Origin: Pseudomonadota bacterium
GTDB lineage: Bacteria > Desulfobacterota > Desulfobacteria > Desulfobacterales > RPRI01
Direction: 5' to 3'
DNA length: 64,000 nt
Assembly (NCBI GenBank): GCA_043825875.1
Contig: JBDRRF010000035.1
Location: 17,751-81,750, forward strand
The position numbers and the translations under genes were made by a program. Positions 31,362 through 39,983 of the stretch are shown piece after piece (positions within the stretch are counted from its first letter, which is position 1; every line of letters begins with the position of its first letter). The notes under the pieces are model-generated. The model searched no databases. It saw only the letters and a program-made list of their open reading frames with translations, and was not told the origin of the DNA.

Positions 31362-33854
31362 TCATGAATAAATCTCAGTAAGCTTTGCCTTTAAATAGGA
31401 TTGGTTATCTTTTTTGATATTTGCAGGATTGGGCGGCTTTGCCTTATTCTCATCCCAGTTGGGATTAAACAACAGATCAAGAACATGAATAGTAGGTTTG
31501 TGTTGAGCCAGCGCTTCCCTGCATGTAGCACAATAGGTAAGAATATCATGCTTTGCTTCTTCTACTCTTTTTTTAGTGATTTTTTGGGCCAGATCAAAAG
31601 AAGCAAAAGCTATCATACCTCCCATACCGCAGCAAAGGCCGTTTTCTCCATGATGTTCCATTTCGATAATACTGTTTCCTGTTTGAGATACCAGTTTGCG
31701 TATATTATTATGAGTATCTTTTTTAAATCTTCCGGCGCAAGGATCATGAATTGAAAATACGCCTGTTTTATGCCCATCTGATAAAACAATTCCCTCTTCA
31801 GCCAGAACATCATATAATGATCTTATTTTAATTCCTGAGGCATCATGCTGGCTTATAGTTCTAAGACAGTTGGGACATGCCAGAATAAGCTCTTCTGCTC
31901 CCATCCGTTTAATTTCATCCGTAAGATCTTTAATCATATTTTGAAATGATGCATGATCTCCTAATGAACGGGTTGGGTTTCCGCAGCATTTTAAAATAAT
32001 GCCCGTATCTTTATCGTTTGATATAAGCCAGTCATAAGCTGAAATTACAGATTGCGGCGAATATGCCGACAGATGGCAACCCGGCATGAAAACCCGGCTG
32101 CTTTTTCTTTTGTCAGGATTTGGAATGCTTAACATGAACTCATCTGATCTTACCCAATCCTGATCTTTTATAACAAGCTTGTGCGTTGGAAGCGGGCCTT
32201 TGCCGCACTCAACCAGCTCTTGTTTTGCTTCGTTGCACATTTTTCCGATATTAAGTCCTTCGGGACATACTTTTTCACAAAGATCGCAAATATTGCAACA
32301 ATATGGAATCGCCGGTCTTTTAATAAAAGCGCCATCTTTGTATTTATTAACAAGATCTTTGGGACTGTCGCAAAAACGATTTAGAAATTCACAATCCGTC
32401 ATACAGCTTTTGCATTCACAGACAAGGCATCTTTGAGCCTCTTTAATCGCAGTTTGCTCATCAAAGCCAAGTTCCACTTCATCAAATCCCAATCGCTTGT
32501 CAATAGCTGTTTCCGGCATTTTGGATCTTGGGGTTGGTGTTGCATCTTTTTTAAAAGTTTCTTTTAAAACTTTATATGTCTTTTGTCTTCCTTCATAAAG
32601 ATCCTGACCGCTTAGATACCTGTCAATTGAAACGGCTGCTTCTTTACCGGCAGCAATAGCTTTAATAACAGTAGATGCACCTGAAACAACATCACCTCCG
32701 GCAAAAACTCCAGTGGTATTTGTCTGCATTGTAATCTCATCAACTGCCAGAGTCCCCTGCTTGTTTAGTTCAGGCATTATCGGCAGCTTTGATTTATCTA
32801 CACTTTGACCAATGGCGATTATCACATTATCTGTATCTAAAACAAACTCTGACCCTTTAATCGGTATGGGACGGGGTCTGCCGCTATCATCTACTTCTCC
32901 CGGTTTCATTTCAAGACACTCAACGCCAATACATTTTCCGTTATTTTCTATTATTTTAACAGGAGAAACGTGGAAACGGATATTAACGCCTTCAAGCTCA
33001 GCCTCCTTGATTTCAAGCGGATCGGCAGGCATTTCATCGCGGGATCGTCTGTAAATAATGCTTACATTATCCGCTCCAAGCCTTTTGGCTGCTCTGGCGC
33101 TGTCAATAGCAGCATTGCCGCCTCCGACAATTATTACCCGTTTCCCAAGATTAATTTTTTCACCATTATTAACAGCTTCCAGAAAATCAAGTGCAGAAAA
33201 CACACCGCTGCTGTTTACTCCTTGCAATCCGGCATTTACAGAAGTTTTCGCCCCAACTCCCATAAATACGGCATCATAATTTTCATTGACAAGTAAATTC
33301 TCCAGACTGAGAATCGGCTGGCTGGTTTTTATCTCAACTCCCAGTTCTCTGATGTATTCGATATCATTATCAAGGCAAGTGTCAGGCAATCTGTATGCCG
33401 GAATACCATAACGCATAAGCCCGCCTGTTTTCGGCATTGCTTCAAAAATTGTTACAAAATAACCTTTTCTTATCAAATCGTATGCACAGGAAAGACCTGC
33501 CGGTCCGGAACCTATAATTGCAACCTTTTTTTCTTTGGTGATTTTACAGGGGCTGGCCTTTTCTCTTCCGTTTTGAACTTCATAGTCAGATACAAATCTT
33601 TTAAGAGCCCGAATTGCTACAGGTTGATCAATATTATTACGCTCGCATTGACTTTCACATGGGTATGTGCAAACTCTTCCGCATACTGCGGGAAAAGGCA
33701 TGGTTTCTCTGATTACTTCCAGAGATTTATTGAATTCACCTTGTGAGATAAGGGTTATATATTTTCTTACATCAATATGTGCCGGGCACGCATCCTGACA
33801 ACGGGGATAAGCATCTCCCCTACAGTTTTCAATTATTTTATCGATCTCTTTCAT
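31362..33854 (-). CDS. multidomain Fe-S flavoprotein: GltD/NfnB-like FAD/NAD(P) module + 4Fe-4S dicluster + two CCG (HdrD-like) domains
   Basis: CQDACPAH, CGRVCTYPCESQC, GSGPAG, GGGNAA, CECKSCMTDC, CNICDLCEKVCP, PGC, CCG, HDPC, CCGMGG, YCATC. Confidence 0.9.
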   Translation of the reverse strand: MKEIDKIIENCRGDAYPRCQDACPAHIDVRKYITLISQGEFNKSLEVIRETMPFPAVCGRVCTYPCESQCERNNIDQPVAIRALKRFVSDYEVQNGREKASPCKITKEKKVAIIGSGPAGLSCAYDLIRKGYFVTIFEAMPKTGGLMRYGIPAYRLPDTCLDNDIEYIRELGVEIKTSQPILSLENLLVNENYDAVFMGVGAKTSVNAGLQGVNSSGVFSALDFLEAVNNGEKINLGKRVIIVGGGNAAIDSARAAKRLGADNVSIIYRRSRDEMPADPLEIKEAELEGVNIRFHVSPVKIIENNGKCIGVECLEMKPGEVDDSGRPRPIPIKGSEFVLDTDNVIIAIGQSVDKSKLPIMPELNKQGTLAVDEITMQTNTTGVFAGGDVVSGASTVIKAIAAGKEAAVSIDRYLSGQDLYEGRQKTYKVLKETFKKDATPTPRSKMPETAIDKRLGFDEVELGFDEQTAIKEAQRCLVCECKSCMTDCEFLNRFCDSPKDLVNKYKDGAFIKRPAIPYCCNICDLCEKVCPEGLNIGKMCNEAKQELVECGKGPLPTHKLVIKDQDWVRSDEFMLSIPNPDKRKSSRVFMPGCHLSAYSPQSVISAYDWLISNDKDTGIILKCCGNPTRSLGDHASFQNMIKDLTDEIKRMGAEELILACPNCLRTISQHDASGIKIRSLYDVLAEEGIVLSDGHKTGVFSIHDPCAGRFKKDTHNNIRKLVSQTGNSIIEMEHHGENGLCCGMGGMIAFASFDLAQKITKKRVEEAKHDILTYCATCREALAQHKPTIHVLDLLFNPNWDENKAKPPNPANIKKDNQSYLKAKLTEIYS

Positions 33855-34651
33855 GCCACTTCTTCCTGTTTCCGGTTTTTTCCAACATCTACATCAGCTA
33901 ACAATGCCGCACCCAAAGCTCCAATAATTTGCGGCACCTCAGGCAATACGACTTCTTTATCAAGCAATTCCTGAATAAATTTAACAACTCCGCTGTTTTT
34001 AGCTACACCTCCTGTAAAAACAATCTTGTCATTATAGCCCACAGATCTTCCCATTATAATAACCCGCCGTGAAACCGCTTTGTGTAATCCTGCAACCATA
34101 TCCTCACGATTGGTTCTGTCTGCTCTTAAAGATATAATTTCAGATTCTGCGAAGATAGTGCATGTGCTGGAGATATTGGACGGACTCACACTCTTAAGTG
34201 AGTCAGGCCCCATCTGATCAATTGTAAGATTCAAAACGGAAGCCATAACTTCTAAAAATCTTCCGGTTCCTGCAGCGCATTTATCATTCATGACAAAACT
34301 TTTTACTGTTCCGTTTTCTCTCATACCAATAACTTTGCTGTCCTGGCCTCCAATGTCAATGATTGTTCGGGCTTCGGGAATTAAAAAGCTGGCTCCTTTG
34401 GCATGACAAATAATTTCACTGATGCTTTTATCAGCGAATTTCACACTGTCTCTGCCATAGCCGGTCGATACAAAACGATCTACATCCTTAAATGTGTACC
34501 CGGCTTTTTTAAGTGCTTTTTCCGTTACCTCTTTCGAAGATTCTGTTACATAATCTCCTGTGGGGATAACTTCATAAGCCACAAACTCACCATCTTTTAA
34601 TATGGCTGTTTTAGCTGTAGCAGCCCCGACATCAACACCTACTATTAACAT
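33851..34651 (-). CDS. ATP-dependent CoA-substrate-specific enzyme activase (HgdC/BadG-BcrA/D family)
   Basis: GVDVGAATAK, STGYGR, EIICHAKG, DIGGQDSK, MNDKCAAGTGRFLE, CTIFAESE, TGGVA, GALGAA. Confidence 0.95.
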   Translation of the reverse strand: MLIVGVDVGAATAKTAILKDGEFVAYEVIPTGDYVTESSKEVTEKALKKAGYTFKDVDRFVSTGYGRDSVKFADKSISEIICHAKGASFLIPEARTIIDIGGQDSKVIGMRENGTVKSFVMNDKCAAGTGRFLEVMASVLNLTIDQMGPDSLKSVSPSNISSTCTIFAESEIISLRADRTNREDMVAGLHKAVSRRVIIMGRSVGYNDKIVFTGGVAKNSGVVKFIQELLDKEVVLPEVPQIIGALGAALLADVDVGKNRKQEEVA

Positions 34652-34910
34652 GGGTTCTCCTTTTGTGCTGTTTTTATTTCAAACAAATCAGACGATTTAT
34701 AACATAACGGAGGCTTCCTAAGAATCTGTATCGTATTGAATGTATTTTCTCATAAATTTTCATTAATGCAAGGTGAGAAAACTATGGGTATAATATGGTG
34801 CCTGTCCCCATATATATCCATCTTCAATGTGTTTTAATCGAAGTTTCAAAAAACCGAAATTTCCAATATTGATCATAGATCATTAACAGCTCTGTTTAAT
34901 AAAATATAAT

Positions 34911-34927
34911 GTCGGGATTATCCCGAC
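34911..34927. promoter_or_regulatory. perfect palindromic operator in the divergent promoter region
   Basis: GTCGGGAT-T-ATCCCGAC. Confidence 0.7.
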
Positions 34928-35018
34928 TTTTTAACCTCAATTTTCCAATCTTACTTTTTCCGGCAGTTTGTGTAAAAATCACACTGAAATTTTAGTCTTG
35001 GATACTCATTTTTAAAGA

Positions 35019-35100
35019 AGACGGAAAGCAATCGGCACCGTCTGAGATTGTAGAATATGTACATTCAATAATAAGCTCATCTGAGCGGATTTGCCGAAAG
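35019..35100 (+). ncRNA. candidate structured 5' leader (H-type pseudoknot)
   Basis: Stem AGACGG/CCGTCT; loop TCGGCA complementary to TGCCGA at 35092-35097; intervening hairpin; about 20 nt upstream of the AAGGAG RBS. Confidence 0.4.
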
Positions 35101-35133
35101 AACTACAACCAAACTGATAGAAGGAGATAGGAA

Positions 35134-36276
35134 ATGGGAGCGATGGAACGGCTGAAAGATCATTTGTCGGACAGAGCATCGACATTAAGGAAACTAAAGA
35201 AAGACGGTGTCAAAATTGTCGGATACACACCCGGAGGGTTCATGCCTGAAGAAATTGTCCATGCGGCAGGTGCAATTCCGATTTGTTTGTTAAAAGGCGG
35301 CGATGCTGATTCCGTAATCGAAAGTTTAAAGTACAATCCAAGGTTTTTTTGCACTTTCTGCAAGACCCAGATTGCGTATCTTATGGGCGGCGATCTGGTA
35401 TATAATCTGCCTGATATTCTCGTTGTTCCACACACAGACTGCAATCACAAGATAATTGCCGATTCCTGGAACTACTACAGCAAGACGGATGTGTTCCGAT
35501 ATGGGATTCCTCACAATAAAGGAGAATCTGCCCGAACCTATTTTAAAGGAGGGCTGGAATTGCTGAAGAAAAAGCTTGAAGATCTTACCGGAAACAAAGT
35601 TACTGAAGAAAAGCTAGTTGATGAAATACAGATAGGAAACAAAATAAGAAGTCTTTTTAAAGAAATCAGCTTTGCGCGAAAAACAAACCCGGCTGCAATC
35701 AGCAGCAGGGATTTTACAATGCTTCAGCATGCATCCACATTTGCGGACAAGGATTTTATTCTTCAAACCTTGGAAGCAGTCCGCGATGAAATAAAAGAGA
35801 AGCCTACAGCCGACAAAAACCGGAAACGGGTTATGATGATAGCATCTTCTTTGGCAAACGGCGATAATCTTGTTTTTGATATTATTGAAAATACCGATGC
35901 TGATATTGTTTATGAAGAGGTTACGGAAGGATACCGTCCATATCTGGATAATGTGGATGTTAACGGAAATGACCCAATACAAAACTTATCCGATATATAT
36001 TTTGACAAGCGTATACCTGCTCCCTGGGATCGTCCCTGGGGAGACCGCATGGAACGGCTTATTGAAAAGGCAAAGGAATTTTCCTGCGGCGGAGTTGTCT
36101 GGTATCAGATGATGTACCGTGACGGATTTGATATCCAGGCCCATTATTTTAGTAAGATGATAGAAGAGCAAGCAGGAATCCCGATGGTCAAGATTGAATC
36201 CGATTATGCTCCGGCTGAAAAAGGCCCGGCTCGTACAAGGATTGAGACCTTGGTTGAAGTAATGAGTGCCAACTAG
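35134..36276 (+). CDS. 2-hydroxyacyl-CoA dehydratase/benzoyl-CoA reductase family subunit (HgdB/BcrC-like)
   Basis: PEEIVHAAG, FCTFCK, DCNH, LEDLTGNKVT, GGVVW, IESDY..RTRIETLVE. Confidence 0.88.
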   Translation: MGAMERLKDHLSDRASTLRKLKKDGVKIVGYTPGGFMPEEIVHAAGAIPICLLKGGDADSVIESLKYNPRFFCTFCKTQIAYLMGGDLVYNLPDILVVPHTDCNHKIIADSWNYYSKTDVFRYGIPHNKGESARTYFKGGLELLKKKLEDLTGNKVTEEKLVDEIQIGNKIRSLFKEISFARKTNPAAISSRDFTMLQHASTFADKDFILQTLEAVRDEIKEKPTADKNRKRVMMIASSLANGDNLVFDIIENTDADIVYEEVTEGYRPYLDNVDVNGNDPIQNLSDIYFDKRIPAPWDRPWGDRMERLIEKAKEFSCGGVVWYQMMYRDGFDIQAHYFSKMIEEQAGIPMVKIESDYAPAEKGPARTRIETLVEVMSAN

Positions 36277-36321
36277 AGATTTTAGTTTATCAGATATCAA
36301 ATCAATATCAGGAGATTTATT

Positions 36322-37731
36322 ATGTATACAAATTTATTCAAACTATGCGGATTCAGCGATGAAGAAATCGACGAACAAAAACCAAGGATAGAAAAGACCT
36401 TACAAATTATCGGATCAGATACAAAGGAAATGATTGCAAAGGCTGAAAAAAATGTCCAGGCAAATTTTGATTGCTCTCTTGAAGGCATAAGAATGCTGCT
36501 TAAAGTCATGATGAAAGAAGTTATGGATGCTGTCTTGTCTGGTGAAGAATACGAAAAAAGAGTTTATTACAATTGGCCCGGCCTTAGCCCTTTAGCACAG
36601 GCTATGATAGTTGCCGGCAGAGGGACAAATGTATACGCATGTCTGGCAAAACAATATCTGTGGATGGGACTTGGTAATATCTTTGATACGGTAAATGATC
36701 TTCTTGACTTGGGAGAACTTATCGGACAAACCGCAGGAAGAGCACATTGCCCGGAATACCAAATTTATACAGCCTTGTATGAAAGAAAGATACTTCCTAT
36801 CCCCACTATAGTTTTGAATTGCGGCTGGTGTTGTGATCAGGGCCCTGAAGTTGAAGAACTGTGCACAAAGCTATACGGCTATGAGGCTACTTACCTTGAT
36901 GGAACCAATGACTGGGAATGGGGAAGCTGGCCCAATATGGATAAACGCGCAATTGAATACAACGCAAGCACAATTAAAGCTTCAATAGCCCGTGTTAAAG
37001 AAACAACAGGCCTTGATATTACCGATGATCACATTAAAGCAGCATTGCAGGAAATAATGCAGATTACAATGGGCTATATGACTCTTATCGGAATGGTGTC
37101 AAAGGCTGATCCGCAGCCTATAAGCCAGGCCGATATCGGATTGGTTTTTTTAATCAAGGGTGCCGGAACACGCTATCCCAAAGATGTAATCAATGGCATT
37201 AATATGCTCATTAAGGAAACAAAACAAAAAATTGATGCAGGAGTTGGAGTAGTGCCCAAAGGTGCTCCAAGGGTATATGTGCAGCTTAGAACACTTGTGG
37301 ACCAGAAGCCTATGAGAGCCATCGAAGAGCTGGGGCTTGCAATACCGATGATGATGGTGGACGGTTACCATCCATATGAAACTCAGCCTACAAATTATCC
37401 GAATGATCGATGGATGTCTTTATCCGAGCAGGCATTTCGCAAACCTCAGCTTAGTTCCGCCGAAGGAAGTCTGCGATACTGGGAATGGTGTGCAAATGAT
37501 CAGAAAGTAGATGGAGTCATAATGATGTATCCTATATCATGCAGGCCTTTTTGCAGTCCCACATTTATAGGAAAAGATTATCTGGAAAAAAGCACAGGGC
37601 TTCCAACTATTCTGGTTGAAGCGGATGGCTATGATACAAGAAACTACAGCTCAGGACAGATAAAGACACGAATTGAATCATTTGCCGAAATTTTAAAAGC
37701 CAACAAAAAGATAGCTGCCGGAACTCTTTGA
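36322..37731 (+). CDS. 2-hydroxyacyl-CoA dehydratase/benzoyl-CoA reductase family subunit (HgdA/BcrB-like)
   Basis: AHC, WCCDQGP, VDGVI...SCRP, GLPTILVEAD..D.RNYS..QIKTRIESFAE. Confidence 0.85.
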   Translation: MYTNLFKLCGFSDEEIDEQKPRIEKTLQIIGSDTKEMIAKAEKNVQANFDCSLEGIRMLLKVMMKEVMDAVLSGEEYEKRVYYNWPGLSPLAQAMIVAGRGTNVYACLAKQYLWMGLGNIFDTVNDLLDLGELIGQTAGRAHCPEYQIYTALYERKILPIPTIVLNCGWCCDQGPEVEELCTKLYGYEATYLDGTNDWEWGSWPNMDKRAIEYNASTIKASIARVKETTGLDITDDHIKAALQEIMQITMGYMTLIGMVSKADPQPISQADIGLVFLIKGAGTRYPKDVINGINMLIKETKQKIDAGVGVVPKGAPRVYVQLRTLVDQKPMRAIEELGLAIPMMMVDGYHPYETQPTNYPNDRWMSLSEQAFRKPQLSSAEGSLRYWEWCANDQKVDGVIMMYPISCRPFCSPTFIGKDYLEKSTGLPTILVEADGYDTRNYSSGQIKTRIESFAEILKANKKIAAGTL

Positions 37732-37819
37732 TATGCATAAATCCCAATAGATCCAATATGGTTGGATGGTAAATATACCTGTGCATAGAATAACCTATTG
37801 CATTACAAGTATATCCTGG

Positions 37820-38872
37820 CTATCGGCAGATCAGGCTCGTTACAACATCAAATACTTCTTCTGCCGATATATTTTTCATACATGCTGTATTATCACATTC
37901 TTTTTTAAGGCATGGGCTGCAATCCATATCGCTTCTTATTACTTTATGTCCTTTTCCGTAAGGGCCGGTTCGCAACGGTGAAGTAGGTCCGAAAAGCGCA
38001 ACAACCTTGCATCCCATTGCAGATGCGATATGCATAGGTCCGGTATCAGTACAGACAAGAACCGAACATTTCGAATAAAGGTAAGCAAGTTCTTTTAGGC
38101 TTGTACGGCCTGCAAAATTTATTGTTCTATCTTTACTGTCCATTTTATTCATAATGCCATCGATAACCGGTACATCCTGTTTACTTCCTGTAAATATTAT
38201 ACTACAGGACAAATTCTTTTGCAGCATTGAAGCAAGTTTAGAAAATTTATCTTCTTCCCATAATTTTGTTTTCCATTTGGCCATCGGATTAACGGCTATA
38301 ATATTTTTATTTTCTATTTGTGATCCAAGCAGGTTGTTGATAAGAATTTTATCCTGTTCAAAAACAGGAATTTCACCCTTAACGGTATCGGTATTGCAAC
38401 CAAGATATGATGCTACTTTGAGGTATCGGTCAATTGCATGCTGTTCGTAGCTGACAGGGACAGGAGGTTCTTTTAAGAAAAATGAAGCTCCTTCCCTTGA
38501 TCCGCTCATGCCTATTTTCCTTTTTCCCTTTGAAATTGCAGCTAAAACACCGCTTCTGAAAAGACCCTGCAAATCAATTACTACATCATATGAAGATAAT
38601 CTCACATCTTTATAAAATTTAATTATATCAGAAGATGTCTTTATGAATTTTGAAGGTTTGAAAATATCTTTTTGCCATCTTTTTCTTCCTGATACAATAA
38701 TTCGGTTAATCGACGGGTGCCCTGTTATTACCTGGGAAGCTTCTTCTTCAATCAGCCAGTCTATTTTAGAGGCAGGGTAACATTGTCTTATTGCTTCAAG
38801 AAATGGAAGAGCGTGAACAACATCACCTATGGAGCTCAATTTAATTATTAAAATATTTTTGACATCTGTCAT
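37820..38872 (-). CDS. waaC: ADP-heptose:LPS heptosyltransferase (GT9), probably heptosyltransferase I
   Basis: ILIIKLSSIGDVVH, DLQGL.RS, DTGPMHIA, LFGPT. Confidence 0.78.
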   Translation of the reverse strand: MTDVKNILIIKLSSIGDVVHALPFLEAIRQCYPASKIDWLIEEEASQVITGHPSINRIIVSGRKRWQKDIFKPSKFIKTSSDIIKFYKDVRLSSYDVVIDLQGLFRSGVLAAISKGKRKIGMSGSREGASFFLKEPPVPVSYEQHAIDRYLKVASYLGCNTDTVKGEIPVFEQDKILINNLLGSQIENKNIIAVNPMAKWKTKLWEEDKFSKLASMLQKNLSCSIIFTGSKQDVPVIDGIMNKMDSKDRTINFAGRTSLKELAYLYSKCSVLVCTDTGPMHIASAMGCKVVALFGPTSPLRTGPYGKGHKVIRSDMDCSPCLKKECDNTACMKNISAEEVFDVVTSLICR

Positions 38873-39939
38873 TCGGATATATTTTCACAAGCGGACCTGA
38901 ATTGTTCCATTTCTTGCCAGACTTGTTCAGGTGTTATGGAAAGCATGCATTTGAAATCTGTAGGGCACTCCTGCTTTAAGCATGGTGCGCAATCGATATC
39001 ATGTTTTACAATTCTTGTTTTTGGGCCTCGCGGGCCGGTAGCTATATGATCGGTAGAACCAAAAATCGCAAGAGTTGGAACACCAAGTGCTGCTGCTACA
39101 TGCATGAGGCCTGAATCATTTGATACAAAAAAATTACACCTGCTGATAATTGCTATTGCTTCTTCAAGAGAGGTTATACCGCAAAAGTCTACAGGGGTAT
39201 GTATCATCAGGTTGCTTACAACGGTACCGATATATTTTTCTTTTTTGCTCCCAACTATAATTGTTTTTGCACCCCATCTTTGGGCTGCGATATCTCCTAT
39301 TTCAGCAAAACGTTCCGGAGGCCACTTTTTAGCATTTCCGAAAATTGCTCCCGGTGCAAAACCAAGCACAAAATCATCATTATTTATACCGTTTTGCTTT
39401 AAAATATTATCTGCTCTATTAAAATTGTTTTCTGAAATATAAATAACAGGATTACGGCTTTCGGCCTTAAAGCCTAATGCCTTTATAATAGACAGATAAT
39501 ATTCAACCTGATGGACCTTAAATATTTCATTGGTTCTTTTTATCGGATGGGTCAGCAATATGCCCCGGCCATCCGAATCGAAACCAACTCTGTTTTTTAC
39601 TCCGCCAAGGTATGCAATTATGGCAGCTTCAAATGCATTTTGAAAAAGAATTGCAAGATCAAATTGTTTTTCTTTTATAGATTCAACCAGACTGCGTATT
39701 TCAGATATATCTTTTATAAAGCTTTCGTGTTTTTGAAAAACCATAACATCGCTTATAGCTGGATGATTTTCAAATAAAGGAGCAACCCATGGCCTTGCAA
39801 TAACAGTAATCTTTGCAGATGGAAAACTCTCAGATACTGCTTCAAGTGCCGGAAGAGTCATTACGGCATCGCCTACCCAGTTTGTGGCACGAATAAGTAT
39901 TGTGTTAATACTTGAGCCCTCAAGCGGTTGAAGTTGCAT
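38869..39939 (-). CDS. waaF: LPS heptosyltransferase II (GT9)
   Basis: NWVGDAVM, APGAIFGNAKKWP, NDSGLMHVAAA. Confidence 0.92.
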   Translation of the reverse strand: MQLQPLEGSSINTILIRATNWVGDAVMTLPALEAVSESFPSAKITVIARPWVAPLFENHPAISDVMVFQKHESFIKDISEIRSLVESIKEKQFDLAILFQNAFEAAIIAYLGGVKNRVGFDSDGRGILLTHPIKRTNEIFKVHQVEYYLSIIKALGFKAESRNPVIYISENNFNRADNILKQNGINNDDFVLGFAPGAIFGNAKKWPPERFAEIGDIAAQRWGAKTIIVGSKKEKYIGTVVSNLMIHTPVDFCGITSLEEAIAIISRCNFFVSNDSGLMHVAAALGVPTLAIFGSTDHIATGPRGPKTRIVKHDIDCAPCLKQECPTDFKCMLSITPEQVWQEMEQFRSACENISE

Positions 39940-39983
39940 AATTTCTCTTCCTCCCGGAATTTTGGCTATATTTTCTATCCTTT

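Noticed and set aside
31331..31364. Readthrough of the oxidoreductase TGA into the next ORF
   Set aside because: The 31-nt gap puts the next ORF out of frame, and it has its own RBS.
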